A stretch of 16,987 nt of DNA from Phycisphaeraceae bacterium (GTDB taxonomy: Bacteria > Planctomycetota > Phycisphaerae > Phycisphaerales > Zrk34): positions 1 to 16,987 of the forward strand of contig JBBDRF010000074.1 in the NCBI GenBank assembly GCA_040905565.1. Reading direction: 5' to 3'. The notes beneath the pieces are model-generated. The model was not told the DNA's origin. It did no database searches and saw nothing but the letters and a program-made list of their open reading frames with translations. The position numbers were made by a program, and so were the translations under genes. This document shows, one piece after another, positions 1 through 7,561 of the stretch (position 1 is the first letter of the stretch; each line of letters opens with the position of its first letter).

Positions 1-789
1 GCGGATGCGGTTGCACGCGGCGCAGAAGTTGCAACTCATCGGCGTGATGAAGCCGATCGTCGCCTGCGCCCCGTCGTCCAGCGTCACGCGATACCGCCGG
101 GCCGCGTCATGCCCCTGCTCCACCGGCGCCCAATGACACACGATGGCGTCAAGGTGCTCATGCATCTTTGCTTCCGAAACATAGCGCTCGCCCCACTGCG
201 CCGCCAACGGCCCCATCGGCATCAGCTCAATGAATCGCACTTCCAGCCCCCGCGCGGCGGCGAAGCGCACCAGGTTCGGCAGGTCCTGCTCGTTCTGACC
301 GCGCACCACCACGCTGTTGATGCGGATCGGCGACAAGCCCGCCGCCTCCGCCGCCGCGATGCCTTGCAGCACCCGCGCCAGGCCGTCCACCCCCGTCAGG
401 CGAGCGAACCGCTCGGGGTCAAGCGTGTCCAGCGAAATATTCACCCGCTTAAGCCCCGCCGCGGCATACTCGCGGGCCCGATGCGGCAGTGTCAGGGCGT
501 TGGTGGTCATGGCCAGGTCGTCAATGCCCGGCACGGCAGCGATGCGGCCGATGATCTCCGTCAACTCCGGCCGACTCGTCGGGTCGCCGCCGGTCAGGCG
601 CACCTTGTGCAGGCCGTGGTGCGCGGCAAGGTGGCGAACCAATGAGTCAATCTCGTGGACGCTGAGCATCGGCTCGCCGCGCGGCTGGCTGAGCTTTGCC
701 GGCCGGCAGTACGTGCAGCGCATCGCACACGCCTTGGTCAGCGAGAGTCGCAGGTAGCCGATGCGTCGTCCGTGGGTGTCTTGAAGCAT
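1..789 (-). CDS. moaA: GTP 3',8-cyclase MoaA (radical SAM, molybdenum cofactor biosynthesis); 3' end beyond the window
   Basis: Manual minus-strand translation from ATG 789: MLQDTHGRRIGYLRLSLTKACAMRCTYC (CxxxCxxC) ... KVRLTGGDP ... AMTTNA ... RVNISLDTLD ... RFIELMPMG ... GFITPMSCNFCAACNRIR (start of the C-terminal cluster motif). Open to position 1. Alternative in-frame GTG 825 and TTG 837. Confidence 0.9.
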   Translation of the reverse strand, partial: MLQDTHGRRIGYLRLSLTKACAMRCTYCRPAKLSQPRGEPMLSVHEIDSLVRHLAAHHGLHKVRLTGGDPTSRPELTEIIGRIAAVPGIDDLAMTTNALTLPHRAREYAAAGLKRVNISLDTLDPERFARLTGVDGLARVLQGIAAAEAAGLSPIRINSVVVRGQNEQDLPNLVRFAAARGLEVRFIELMPMGPLAAQWGERYVSEAKMHEHLDAIVCHWAPVEQGHDAARRYRVTLDDGAQATIGFITPMSCNFCAACNRIR

Positions 790-930
790 CAGGAGGTCAT
801 AGCGCCAAAGCCCGCTGCGGTCCACGCCCGTGGCCAATCACGCGGCCGCCGTCACGGGCGCGGCGGCGGCCTCGCGCGGATTCCTCCGTCACAATAACAG
901 CAAACACGCGGCCGCCGCTACAGCCAGCCT

Positions 931-1581
931 TCACGAAGCCAAAGGCGGGGCGATCCGCGTGCGCCCGTTTTCGATCGTCACCCGCCCTTCCGCAATCAGG
1001 CGGATCGCTTCGGGATAAGCCAGCTTTTCCTGCTCGGCGACGCGGGCGGCCAGCGTTTCGGCTGTGTCGTCGTCTTCCACCGGGCAGGTGCGCTGCACGA
1101 GGATGGGCCCGCGGTCGTATTCGTTGTCGGCGAAGTGGACGGTGCAGCCGGTGACCTTGCAGCCGGCGGCGAGGACGGCTTGGTGGACGTGCTGACCGAA
1201 CATGCCCTGCCCGCCGAACGCCGGGAGCAAGGCCGGGTGAATGTTGAGCACCTGGTGCTGATAGTCATCAGGAATGTGGATGAGGCTGAGGAAGCCGGCG
1301 AGGCAGACGAGGTCGGCTTTCACATCACGAACCAGACGAAACACATCGTCCGAAAACGCGCGGGGACTGTCGTACCCCTTTCGTGGCACGACGAACGACG
1401 GCAGCTTGAGGTTGTTCGCCCGTTCGAGTCCCTTGGCTTGATCGTTGGAACTGACGACGACACTGATGCGGGCGTTCAGTTCGCCGGCGTTGATCAACTC
1501 GGCCAGGTTCTGCATGGTCGTCCCGCCGCCCGAGATGAGCACGGCGAGGCGAATGGGGTCGTGTTCGACGGTCGGTTTCAT
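931..1581 (-). CDS. purN: Phosphoribosylglycinamide formyltransferase
   Basis: RLAVLISGGGTTMQ, LVCLAGFL, LNIHPALLPAFGG, TGCTVHF, YDRGPIL motifs; GGAG 8 nt before the ATG. Confidence 0.96.
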   Translation of the reverse strand: MKPTVEHDPIRLAVLISGGGTTMQNLAELINAGELNARISVVVSSNDQAKGLERANNLKLPSFVVPRKGYDSPRAFSDDVFRLVRDVKADLVCLAGFLSLIHIPDDYQHQVLNIHPALLPAFGGQGMFGQHVHQAVLAAGCKVTGCTVHFADNEYDRGPILVQRTCPVEDDDTAETLAARVAEQEKLAYPEAIRLIAEGRVTIENGRTRIAPPLAS

Positions 1582-1651
1582 ACATGATGCTCCATGGCGC
1601 GGGCCGGGGCCTGCGCGTGATGCCTGCCCGACTGGGGTACGATACTACGCC

Positions 1652-2644
1652 ATGAGCCATGCCGAAAGGCGAACAACACGACTGGCCCCGACGCCCACCG
1701 GGGCGCTGCACCTGGGCAACGCGCGGACGTTTCTCATCAACTGGGCAATCGCGCGACAGCGCGGCTGGGATATCCTGCTGCGGATTGAAGACCTGGACGG
1801 CCCGCGCGTCAAAGCCGGGGCAAGCGAGCAGGCGATTGACGTCCTGCAATGGCTGGGGTTGGACTGGGATGCGGGGCCCGTGTGGCAGAGCGCCGACCTG
1901 GCGGTGTATCGTCAGGCACTGGAACAGCTCGACAGCAAGGGGCTGTTGTACCCCTGCCGATGCACGCGGCGGGAGATCGAGCAGGCTCAGTCGGCCCCCC
2001 ATGCGGAGGATCACGAGCTGAGATACCCCGGGACATGCCGGATAGAGCCGGGGCTTCATGATGCTCAGAGCCCATCTTTGCAGGAGGACGGGTTGGCCTG
2101 GCGCGTTCGGGTGCCGGACGAAGAGGTGGTGTATGTTGACGCGCTGCACGGCGAGCGGCGGGTGAACGTGCAACAGCAGGTGGGCGATTTCGTGGTCGCC
2201 AGCAAGCAGGGCCTGCCCGCGTACCAACTGGCGGTGGTGGTCGACGACGCGCGGCAAGGCATGACCGACGTGGTGCGCGGCGACGACCTGCTCGACGCCA
2301 CCGCACGCCAGATCTGGCTGTATCGCATGCTCGGTTCGCCGACGCCGAATTGGTGGCACTTGCCGCTGGTGCTCGGGCCCGACGGTCGACGACTGGCGAA
2401 ACGTCACGGCGACACACGGCTGACGGCTTACCGCCAACAAGGCGTGGCGGCCGAGCGCGTGATCGGCCTGCTGGCGGCGTGGTCGGGCATCGGCGACGGC
2501 CAACGCGAACCGATGTCAGCACGCACTTTTGCCGAGCGGTTTACCATGGCGCGTCTGCCGCGCGAGGCAGTGACGTTCACAAAGGAAGATGAGGCATGGC
2601 TCCAAGAAGGGGCCAAGGGACCGAGGGGCCGAGGGACCAAGTGA
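1652..2644 (+). CDS. gluQ: Glutamyl-Q tRNA(Asp) synthetase (GluRS catalytic domain only)
   Basis: RLAPTPTGALHLGNA (HIGH-like), LLRIEDLD, Zn site YPCRCTR...YPGTCR, YQLAVVVDD, VVRGDDLL, RLAKR (KMSKS-like). About 330 aa with no anticodon-binding domain. Start set at ATG 1652, not 1445. Confidence 0.92.
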   Translation: MSHAERRTTRLAPTPTGALHLGNARTFLINWAIARQRGWDILLRIEDLDGPRVKAGASEQAIDVLQWLGLDWDAGPVWQSADLAVYRQALEQLDSKGLLYPCRCTRREIEQAQSAPHAEDHELRYPGTCRIEPGLHDAQSPSLQEDGLAWRVRVPDEEVVYVDALHGERRVNVQQQVGDFVVASKQGLPAYQLAVVVDDARQGMTDVVRGDDLLDATARQIWLYRMLGSPTPNWWHLPLVLGPDGRRLAKRHGDTRLTAYRQQGVAAERVIGLLAAWSGIGDGQREPMSARTFAERFTMARLPREAVTFTKEDEAWLQEGAKGPRGRGTK

Positions 2645-2710
2645 TGACAACAGCAACGCGCAGATGCCACCGACACTCGGCCCCCTGGCCCCTCGGCCCC
2701 TTGGCCCCTT
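2607..2710. repeat. Imperfect 37-bp inverted repeat; each arm is four tandem 8-bp units (GGGRCCRR); 30-bp loop
   Basis: Left arm aa-ggggccaa-gggaccga-ggggccga-gggaccaa-gtg (2607-2643). Right arm cac-tcggcccc-ctggcccc-tcggcccc-ttggcccc-tt (2674-2710). Confidence 0.9.
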
Positions 2711-3192
2711 TCCCCTTTCTGGCGTTGCTGGTGCTGATGGCCAGCGGCTGCTCGTCGGCGGAGAGTGAGACAGCCACGCCGCAGACGGGCCTGCCGACGC
2801 AGGAGGTGGAAATTGCCGGGCAGGTGTTTGCGTTGGAGTTGGCGATGGATGACGCGGCAAGGCATCGCGGGTTATCGGATCGGAAGTCGATCGCGGAAGA
2901 CAGCGGGATGTTATTCGTGTTCCCCGAGGCGAGGCGGCTGACGTTTGTGATGCGCGACTGCCTGGTGCCGATTGACCTGATCTACCTTGACGGGGCGGGG
3001 CGGATTGTGCGGCTGCACGCGATGGAAGTGGAGCCTTACGGCCGGGCAGACTGGCTGTTGACGCCCTACCGCAGCGGAGAACCGGCCCAGTTCGCGGTGG
3101 AATTGCAGGGTGGGATGATCGAGGCGTTGGGCCTGCGACGCGGGCAGCGGATCAACTTGCCGGCGGATGAGCTTAAGACCCGTGCCGAATGA
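2644..3192 (+). CDS. DUF192 (COG1430) family protein, predicted lipoprotein
   Basis: RGLSDR...GMLFVF...MRDCLVPIDLIYLD...GRIV...FAVELQGG is typical of DUF192. Hydrophobic stretch plus lipobox-like LLVLMASG|C. ATG 2644 overlaps the gluQ stop (TGATG). Confidence 0.85.
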   Translation: MTTATRRCHRHSAPWPLGPLAPFPFLALLVLMASGCSSAESETATPQTGLPTQEVEIAGQVFALELAMDDAARHRGLSDRKSIAEDSGMLFVFPEARRLTFVMRDCLVPIDLIYLDGAGRIVRLHAMEVEPYGRADWLLTPYRSGEPAQFAVELQGGMIEALGLRRGQRINLPADELKTRAE

Positions 3193-3267
3193 GTCGATGA
3201 TGCCGGTACGGCCGCCGCGGATGCTCGCGATCGGGCATGCGGCGGGCATCTGGCGCAGGTCGACGTC

Positions 3268-4554
3268 ATGAGCGCATATCCCCTGCTGGTCATCAATGAC
3301 CGCGAATCACCACTGGACGAGGCGGCGGCGAACGCCCGGACGATGCTGGAGGCCTGGCCCGAAGCGGATCGTCCAACGCTGTGCGTGCGTCGCCTGACGG
3401 AGGTGCTCGATGAGCCAAAGATCCTCAACGAGGTCGCGGCTGTCTGGTGCGTGCTGAGCGAAATCGACACCGGCGATCTGTTCGAATTGATCGGCGAAGT
3501 GCAGGAACGGCACACGCCGATGCTGCTGACGTGCGAAGGCGAAACGCGACCCCTCGGCACGATCCACGACACGGGCGTCCTCATCTGCCCACCCGATGCG
3601 GACCCTTCCGCCGCGGGGCTCATGTTGCGATCCCTTTGGAGCCAATCCCCCGTGCTGCGCAGCCTGGAACAGGAAGTCCGCCTGTTGCGTCAAACGCAAG
3701 GCGGGCTCAGCGGCGAAATCGACAAGCTGGATGAGGAACTTCGTCTCGCGGCGCAACTTCAGCGCGAGTTTCTGCCCGAGAAGCTGCCGACGATGGAGGG
3801 GCTGGAGTTTCACGTGCTCTGGCGGCCGGCCAGCTACGTCAGCGGTGACATCTACGACGTGATGCGCCTCGACGAGCACCACCTTGGCTTTTTCGTCGCC
3901 GACGCGGTGGGTCACGGCGTGCCGGCGGCGCTGCTGACGATGTTCATCAAACGCTCGCTGCACACCAAGGTGATCGACCCAAGCCTCGCGGCGGGGTACC
4001 GCCTGGTCGAGCCGCGCGACACCATGACGCAACTCAACCGCGATCTGCTGCAACACAACCGCGGTCAAATTCGCTTCACCACCGCCTGCTACGGCATCAT
4101 CGACAATCGAACACGCACGGCGACCATCGCCCGGGGCGGCCACCCGTACCCGATTCTGCTTCGGGCCGGCGGAAGCACGGAAATGGTGGACCCGGAAGGG
4201 CCGTTGCTGGGCGTTTTTGAAGACGAGCCGTTCGAGCAGGTCACCGTGCAACTGGACACCGGTGATCGATTGCTGCTCTACAGCGATGGGTTTGAAATGG
4301 CTTTCCCCGGCGAAGAAGGCACGAAGGCCAAGGTCCCGGCAAAGTCGGCGGCAAACATGCAGTATGCCCGCGAGTTCGAGTTGATGCGACAGGGCTCGCT
4401 CGATGAGGCCATGCAACGCCTCGGCCAGAAGATCGACACGCAGGCCGGCTCCTTGAACCAGCGCGATGACCTGACGCTCCTGTCGCTGTGCGTTCATGAA
4501 GCGGCTGCGGTCACGCCGTCACGAAGCCGGCCTCGCGCAGCAGCGACCACGTGA
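3268..4554 (+). CDS. SpoIIE/RsbU-like PP2C serine phosphatase with uncharacterised N-terminal domain and coiled-coil linker
   Basis: LRLAAQLQREFLP, VSGDIYDV, FFVADAVGHGVPAAL, RGGHPYP, GDRLLLYSDG and RDDLT metal-binding motifs. Confidence 0.9.
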   Translation: MSAYPLLVINDRESPLDEAAANARTMLEAWPEADRPTLCVRRLTEVLDEPKILNEVAAVWCVLSEIDTGDLFELIGEVQERHTPMLLTCEGETRPLGTIHDTGVLICPPDADPSAAGLMLRSLWSQSPVLRSLEQEVRLLRQTQGGLSGEIDKLDEELRLAAQLQREFLPEKLPTMEGLEFHVLWRPASYVSGDIYDVMRLDEHHLGFFVADAVGHGVPAALLTMFIKRSLHTKVIDPSLAAGYRLVEPRDTMTQLNRDLLQHNRGQIRFTTACYGIIDNRTRTATIARGGHPYPILLRAGGSTEMVDPEGPLLGVFEDEPFEQVTVQLDTGDRLLLYSDGFEMAFPGEEGTKAKVPAKSAANMQYAREFELMRQGSLDEAMQRLGQKIDTQAGSLNQRDDLTLLSLCVHEAAAVTPSRSRPRAAATT

Positions 4555-5200
4555 CCGGCTCGCCACCGGCGCCACCCGCCTTCGCACCATCCACCCCCTG
4601 CCACCGCTTGAGCGCATGGACCACCGTCCGCGCGAGCATGTCGCTTTCCAGGTTCACCCGCATGGCCGGTTCAAGCCGGGCGAGCGTCGTCAACTGAAGC
4701 GTCGTTGGAATCAACGCCACGTCGAACGACGTCGGCGTCACGCTCGCGACGGTCAGGCTCACGCCGTCGATCGCGATCGAACCTTTGGGTGCGATGTAGT
4801 CCATCAGCGCGACAGACGGCTCGATGGTCATCCGCCACTCGGCATCACCCTCGATTACATCGCGCACCGTGCCGACACCATCCACATGTCCCTGCAAAAA
4901 ATGCCCACCCAGCGGCTGGCTCGGCAGCAACGCCGGCTCGAGGTTGATGGCGTCGCCCGACTTCAGCGCGCCCAGCGTCGTACACCGCAGCGTCTCGGCA
5001 ATGACGTCAAATACCAACTGCGTCGGCGTGGCTTGCACCACCGTCAGGCACACGCCCGACAGGCAGATTGAATCGCCCATCGCCGGTTCGTAGCCCCCCG
5101 CCGGCGTCCAGCCCTCGCGCGCAACGATCAGGCGGCCGCCGAAGTCGTTGCGGTCGAAACTTTCTACGAAAACCTTGCTTTGCACGATGCCGGTGAACAT
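4511..5200 (-). CDS. ribE: Riboflavin synthase (alpha chain; ribE in Bacillus, ribC in E. coli nomenclature)
   Basis: Hallmark N-terminus MFTGIV at ATG 5200; GDSICLSGVCLTV, LGGHFLQGHVDG, KGSIAIDGVSLTV, VNLESD. Confidence 0.96.
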   Translation of the reverse strand: MFTGIVQSKVFVESFDRNDFGGRLIVAREGWTPAGGYEPAMGDSICLSGVCLTVVQATPTQLVFDVIAETLRCTTLGALKSGDAINLEPALLPSQPLGGHFLQGHVDGVGTVRDVIEGDAEWRMTIEPSVALMDYIAPKGSIAIDGVSLTVASVTPTSFDVALIPTTLQLTTLARLEPAMRVNLESDMLARTVVHALKRWQGVDGAKAGGAGGEPVTWSLLREAGFVTA

Positions 5201-5207
5201 TATCGCC

Positions 5208-5216
5208 AGTGTAGCA
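5208..5216 (-). promoter_or_regulatory. Putative extended -10 box (TGcTACACT) 7 nt before the ribE ATG, consistent with a leaderless transcript
   Basis: Minus strand reads TGC-TACACT-ggcgata-ATG with no Shine-Dalgarno. Confidence 0.55.
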
Positions 5217-5349
5217 CGCTGCCGATTGACCGGGGCAATCCCCGGGGGCCAGGGGGCTCCCGGACACTTTGGACTTCGGGCGTGTCCTGATTCGCAAAGG
5301 GCTTTGTCCGCTTCGCCTAACGACAAATACGCCGCGATCGTTTACCTTG

Positions 5350-5361
5350 CTTGTCAACAAG
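5350..5361. promoter_or_regulatory. Palindrome CTTGT-CA-ACAAG, candidate GntR/FadR-type operator upstream of the oxidoreductase
   Basis: Perfect 5-bp arms with a 2-nt spacer in the AT-richer divergent intergenic region, just downstream of a -10-like TACCTT (5343-5348). Confidence 0.4.
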
Positions 5362-5400
5362 AGATTACTTCCACCACCCCATCGCAACGAGGTGCAGACC

Positions 5401-6606
5401 ATGGAAATTCGCAAGCTCGGTATTATCCTCAACGGCGTGACCGGTCGCATGGGCACGAACCAGCACCTGATCCGCTCGATTCTGGCCATCATCAAGCAAG
5501 GCGGCGTCCGGGTCTCCGACGACCTGACGCTCATGCCCGACCCGATCCTCACCGGCCGCAACGCCAACAAGCTCAAGGCGCTGGCCGAGAAGCACGGGCT
5601 TGACGCGACTTCCGGGGGCGGCAAGCCCCTGAAGTACACCACCGACGTCGCCGGCGCGATGAAGGATGACCAGTACCCGATCTTCTTCGACGCTTCGGGC
5701 ACGCTTCAGCGGGCGCGCTTTATCGAGATGGCGGTCGAGGCCGACAAATCGATCTACTGCGAAAAGCCCACCGCCGTCACCACGGACGAGGCGCTCCGCC
5801 TCGCCCAGCTTTGCGAAGACGCGGGCATCAAGAACGGCGTCGTGCAGGACAAGCTCTGGCTGCCCGGCCTGCGCAAGCTCACCGCCCTCCAGGAGCAGGG
5901 CTTCTTCGGCAAGATCCTCTCCGTCCGCGGCGAGTTCGGCTACTGGGTCTTCACCGGCGAAGTCGAAGACCAGCCTGCCCAACGCCCTTCTTGGAACTAC
6001 CGCGCCGAAGACGGCGGCGGCATGATGATCGACATGTTCTGCCACTGGGAATACGTCCTCTCAAACGTCTTCGCTCCGGTGAAGTCGCTCGTCGCCCTCG
6101 GCAGCACGGACATCCCCCAGCGCGTCGACGAGAACGGCAAGCCCTACAAAGCCACCGCCGACGACTCCGCCTATGCCATTTTCCAGCTTGAAAACGGCGT
6201 CATCGCCCAGTTCAACAGCTCATGGGTGACGCGCGTCCGACGTGACGACCTGCTCACGATTCAGGTCGACGGCACGCACGGCTCGGCCGTCGCGGGCCTG
6301 CGCGAATGCTGGGTGCAGCACATGGCCGAGACGCCCAAGCCCGTGTGGAACCCGGACATTCAGCAGCCGATCAAGTTCTTCGAGAACTGGCAACAGGTGC
6401 CCAATACGACCGAGTACGACAACGCGTTCAAGATTCAATGGGAGCTGTTCCTGCGTCACGTCGCGCTCGACGAGCCGTTCCGCTGGACGCTGCGTGAAGG
6501 CGCCCGCGGCGTGCAGCTTGCCGAGCTCGGCATGAAGAGCTGGCAGGACAAGACGTGGGTGGACGTGCCGGCGCTCAAGGGCGCGGAAGCGGCCGCGTCG
6601 GCGTGA
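5401..6606 (+). CDS. Gfo/Idh/MocA family NAD(P)-dependent oxidoreductase
   Basis: N-terminal [19 protein letters not shown] motif, [21 protein letters not shown] Shine-Dalgarno before ATG 5401; strong C/G third-position codon bias. Confidence 0.92.
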   Translation: MEIRKLGIILNGVTGRMGTNQHLIRSILAIIKQGGVRVSDDLTLMPDPILTGRNANKLKALAEKHGLDATSGGGKPLKYTTDVAGAMKDDQYPIFFDASGTLQRARFIEMAVEADKSIYCEKPTAVTTDEALRLAQLCEDAGIKNGVVQDKLWLPGLRKLTALQEQGFFGKILSVRGEFGYWVFTGEVEDQPAQRPSWNYRAEDGGGMMIDMFCHWEYVLSNVFAPVKSLVALGSTDIPQRVDENGKPYKATADDSAYAIFQLENGVIAQFNSSWVTRVRRDDLLTIQVDGTHGSAVAGLRECWVQHMAETPKPVWNPDIQQPIKFFENWQQVPNTTEYDNAFKIQWELFLRHVALDEPFRWTLREGARGVQLAELGMKSWQDKTWVDVPALKGAEAAASA

Positions 6607-6632
6607 GGCGCGACTTTGTCAATTGAACCCCC

Positions 6633-6665
6633 ACGAAGCCCACGCCGTGACGGCGTGGGCTTCGT
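6633..6665. repeat. REP-like hairpin, copy 1: ACGAAGCCCACGCCG-TGA-CGGCGTGGGCTTCGT
   Basis: Perfect 15-bp stem with 3-nt loop between two co-directional genes; no U-tract. Confidence 0.85.
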
Positions 6666-6684
6666 CTCATGGATGAATGAAGCC

Positions 6685-7530
6685 ATGCCCGCAAGCGATC
6701 TGACCGACTTGTCCCGATGCGCGATCCACACCTTCACCAACAAGCCATGGTCGCTGCGCCAGTGCATCGACGGCTACACGAAGGTCGGCGTGCGCGGCAT
6801 CAGTGTCTGGCGAAACGTCATCACCCCCGACGATGGCGGCGTCAGCCCCGACGAAGCGGCGACGATGCTCCGCGACGCGGGCATGCAGGTGCCCGCCTTG
6901 GTGCGTGGTGGTTTTTTCCCCGCTGCCGAGCCCGCTAAGCGGCAAGCCGCTTGCGATGAGAATCGACGCTGCATTGATGAGGCGGCGACGATCGGCGCGG
7001 AGATGGTCGTGCTGGTTGTCGGCGCGGTGCCGGGCATGGCATTGGATGAAGCGCGCAAGCAGGTGGCCGAAGGGATTGAAGCCGTACTGCCGCACGCCGA
7101 GGCGCGTGGGGTGAAGCTGGCAATCGAGCCGTTGCACCCGATGTACGCGGCGGACAAGAGCTGTATCAACCGCATGGCCGAGGCCCGGCAGGTCTGCGAG
7201 CAGCTCAATCATCCGCACCTGGGCATCGCTGTCGACGTGTACCACGTCTGGTGGGACCCGGATCTCAAGGCCGAGGTTGAACTGGCCGGCGAGCAAGGCA
7301 CGCTGTTTGGCTTTCACATCTGCGACTGGCGCGTCAACACCCGTCACCTGCTGACCGACCGCGGGCTGATGGGCGAAGGCTGCATCGACATCCGCACGAT
7401 CCGCGGCTGGGTGGAGGACGCGGGTTTTGCCGGCTTCAATGAGGTCGAAGTGTTCTCGGAAGATCACTGGGCAAGCGATCAAAGCGAATACGTTGATCGC
7501 ATCGCGCGGGCGTACCACGAGTGCACCTGA
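6685..7530 (+). CDS. Sugar phosphate isomerase/epimerase (xylose-isomerase-like TIM barrel, IolE/AP_endonuc_2 clan)
   Basis: [41 protein letters not shown] (E/D/H/E metal ligands). Start may be ATG 6673 or 6685. Confidence 0.88.
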   Translation: MPASDLTDLSRCAIHTFTNKPWSLRQCIDGYTKVGVRGISVWRNVITPDDGGVSPDEAATMLRDAGMQVPALVRGGFFPAAEPAKRQAACDENRRCIDEAATIGAEMVVLVVGAVPGMALDEARKQVAEGIEAVLPHAEARGVKLAIEPLHPMYAADKSCINRMAEARQVCEQLNHPHLGIAVDVYHVWWDPDLKAEVELAGEQGTLFGFHICDWRVNTRHLLTDRGLMGEGCIDIRTIRGWVEDAGFAGFNEVEVFSEDHWASDQSEYVDRIARAYHECT

Positions 7531-7534
7531 CCCC

Positions 7535-7561
7535 AAGCCCACGCATTTAATCCGTGGGCTT
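7535..7561. repeat. REP-like hairpin, copy 2: AAGCCCACG-catttaatc-CGTGGGCTT; overlaps the M16 peptidase stop codon
   Basis: 9-bp perfect outer stem matching copy 1 arms, at a convergent gene junction. Confidence 0.8.

Noticed and set aside
109..1154. Plus-strand ORFs 109-645, 317-757, 655-897, 696-1154
   Set aside because: Antisense to moaA/purN; the real gene is the minus-strand moaA that the ORF track missed because its stop is outside the window.
3190..3267. DUF192 and the phosphatase share a frame separated by one TGA (readthrough or selenocysteine fusion)
   Set aside because: Twenty-five stop-free codons are unremarkable at this GC content; DUF192 is complete and exported while the phosphatase is cytoplasmic; no convincing SECIS.
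5201..5400. Possible FMN riboswitch upstream of riboflavin synthase (small hairpins at 5230-5245 and about 5262-5287)
   Set aside because: No RFN consensus segments seen on the minus strand, and a -10 box sits 7 nt from the ATG, leaving no leader.
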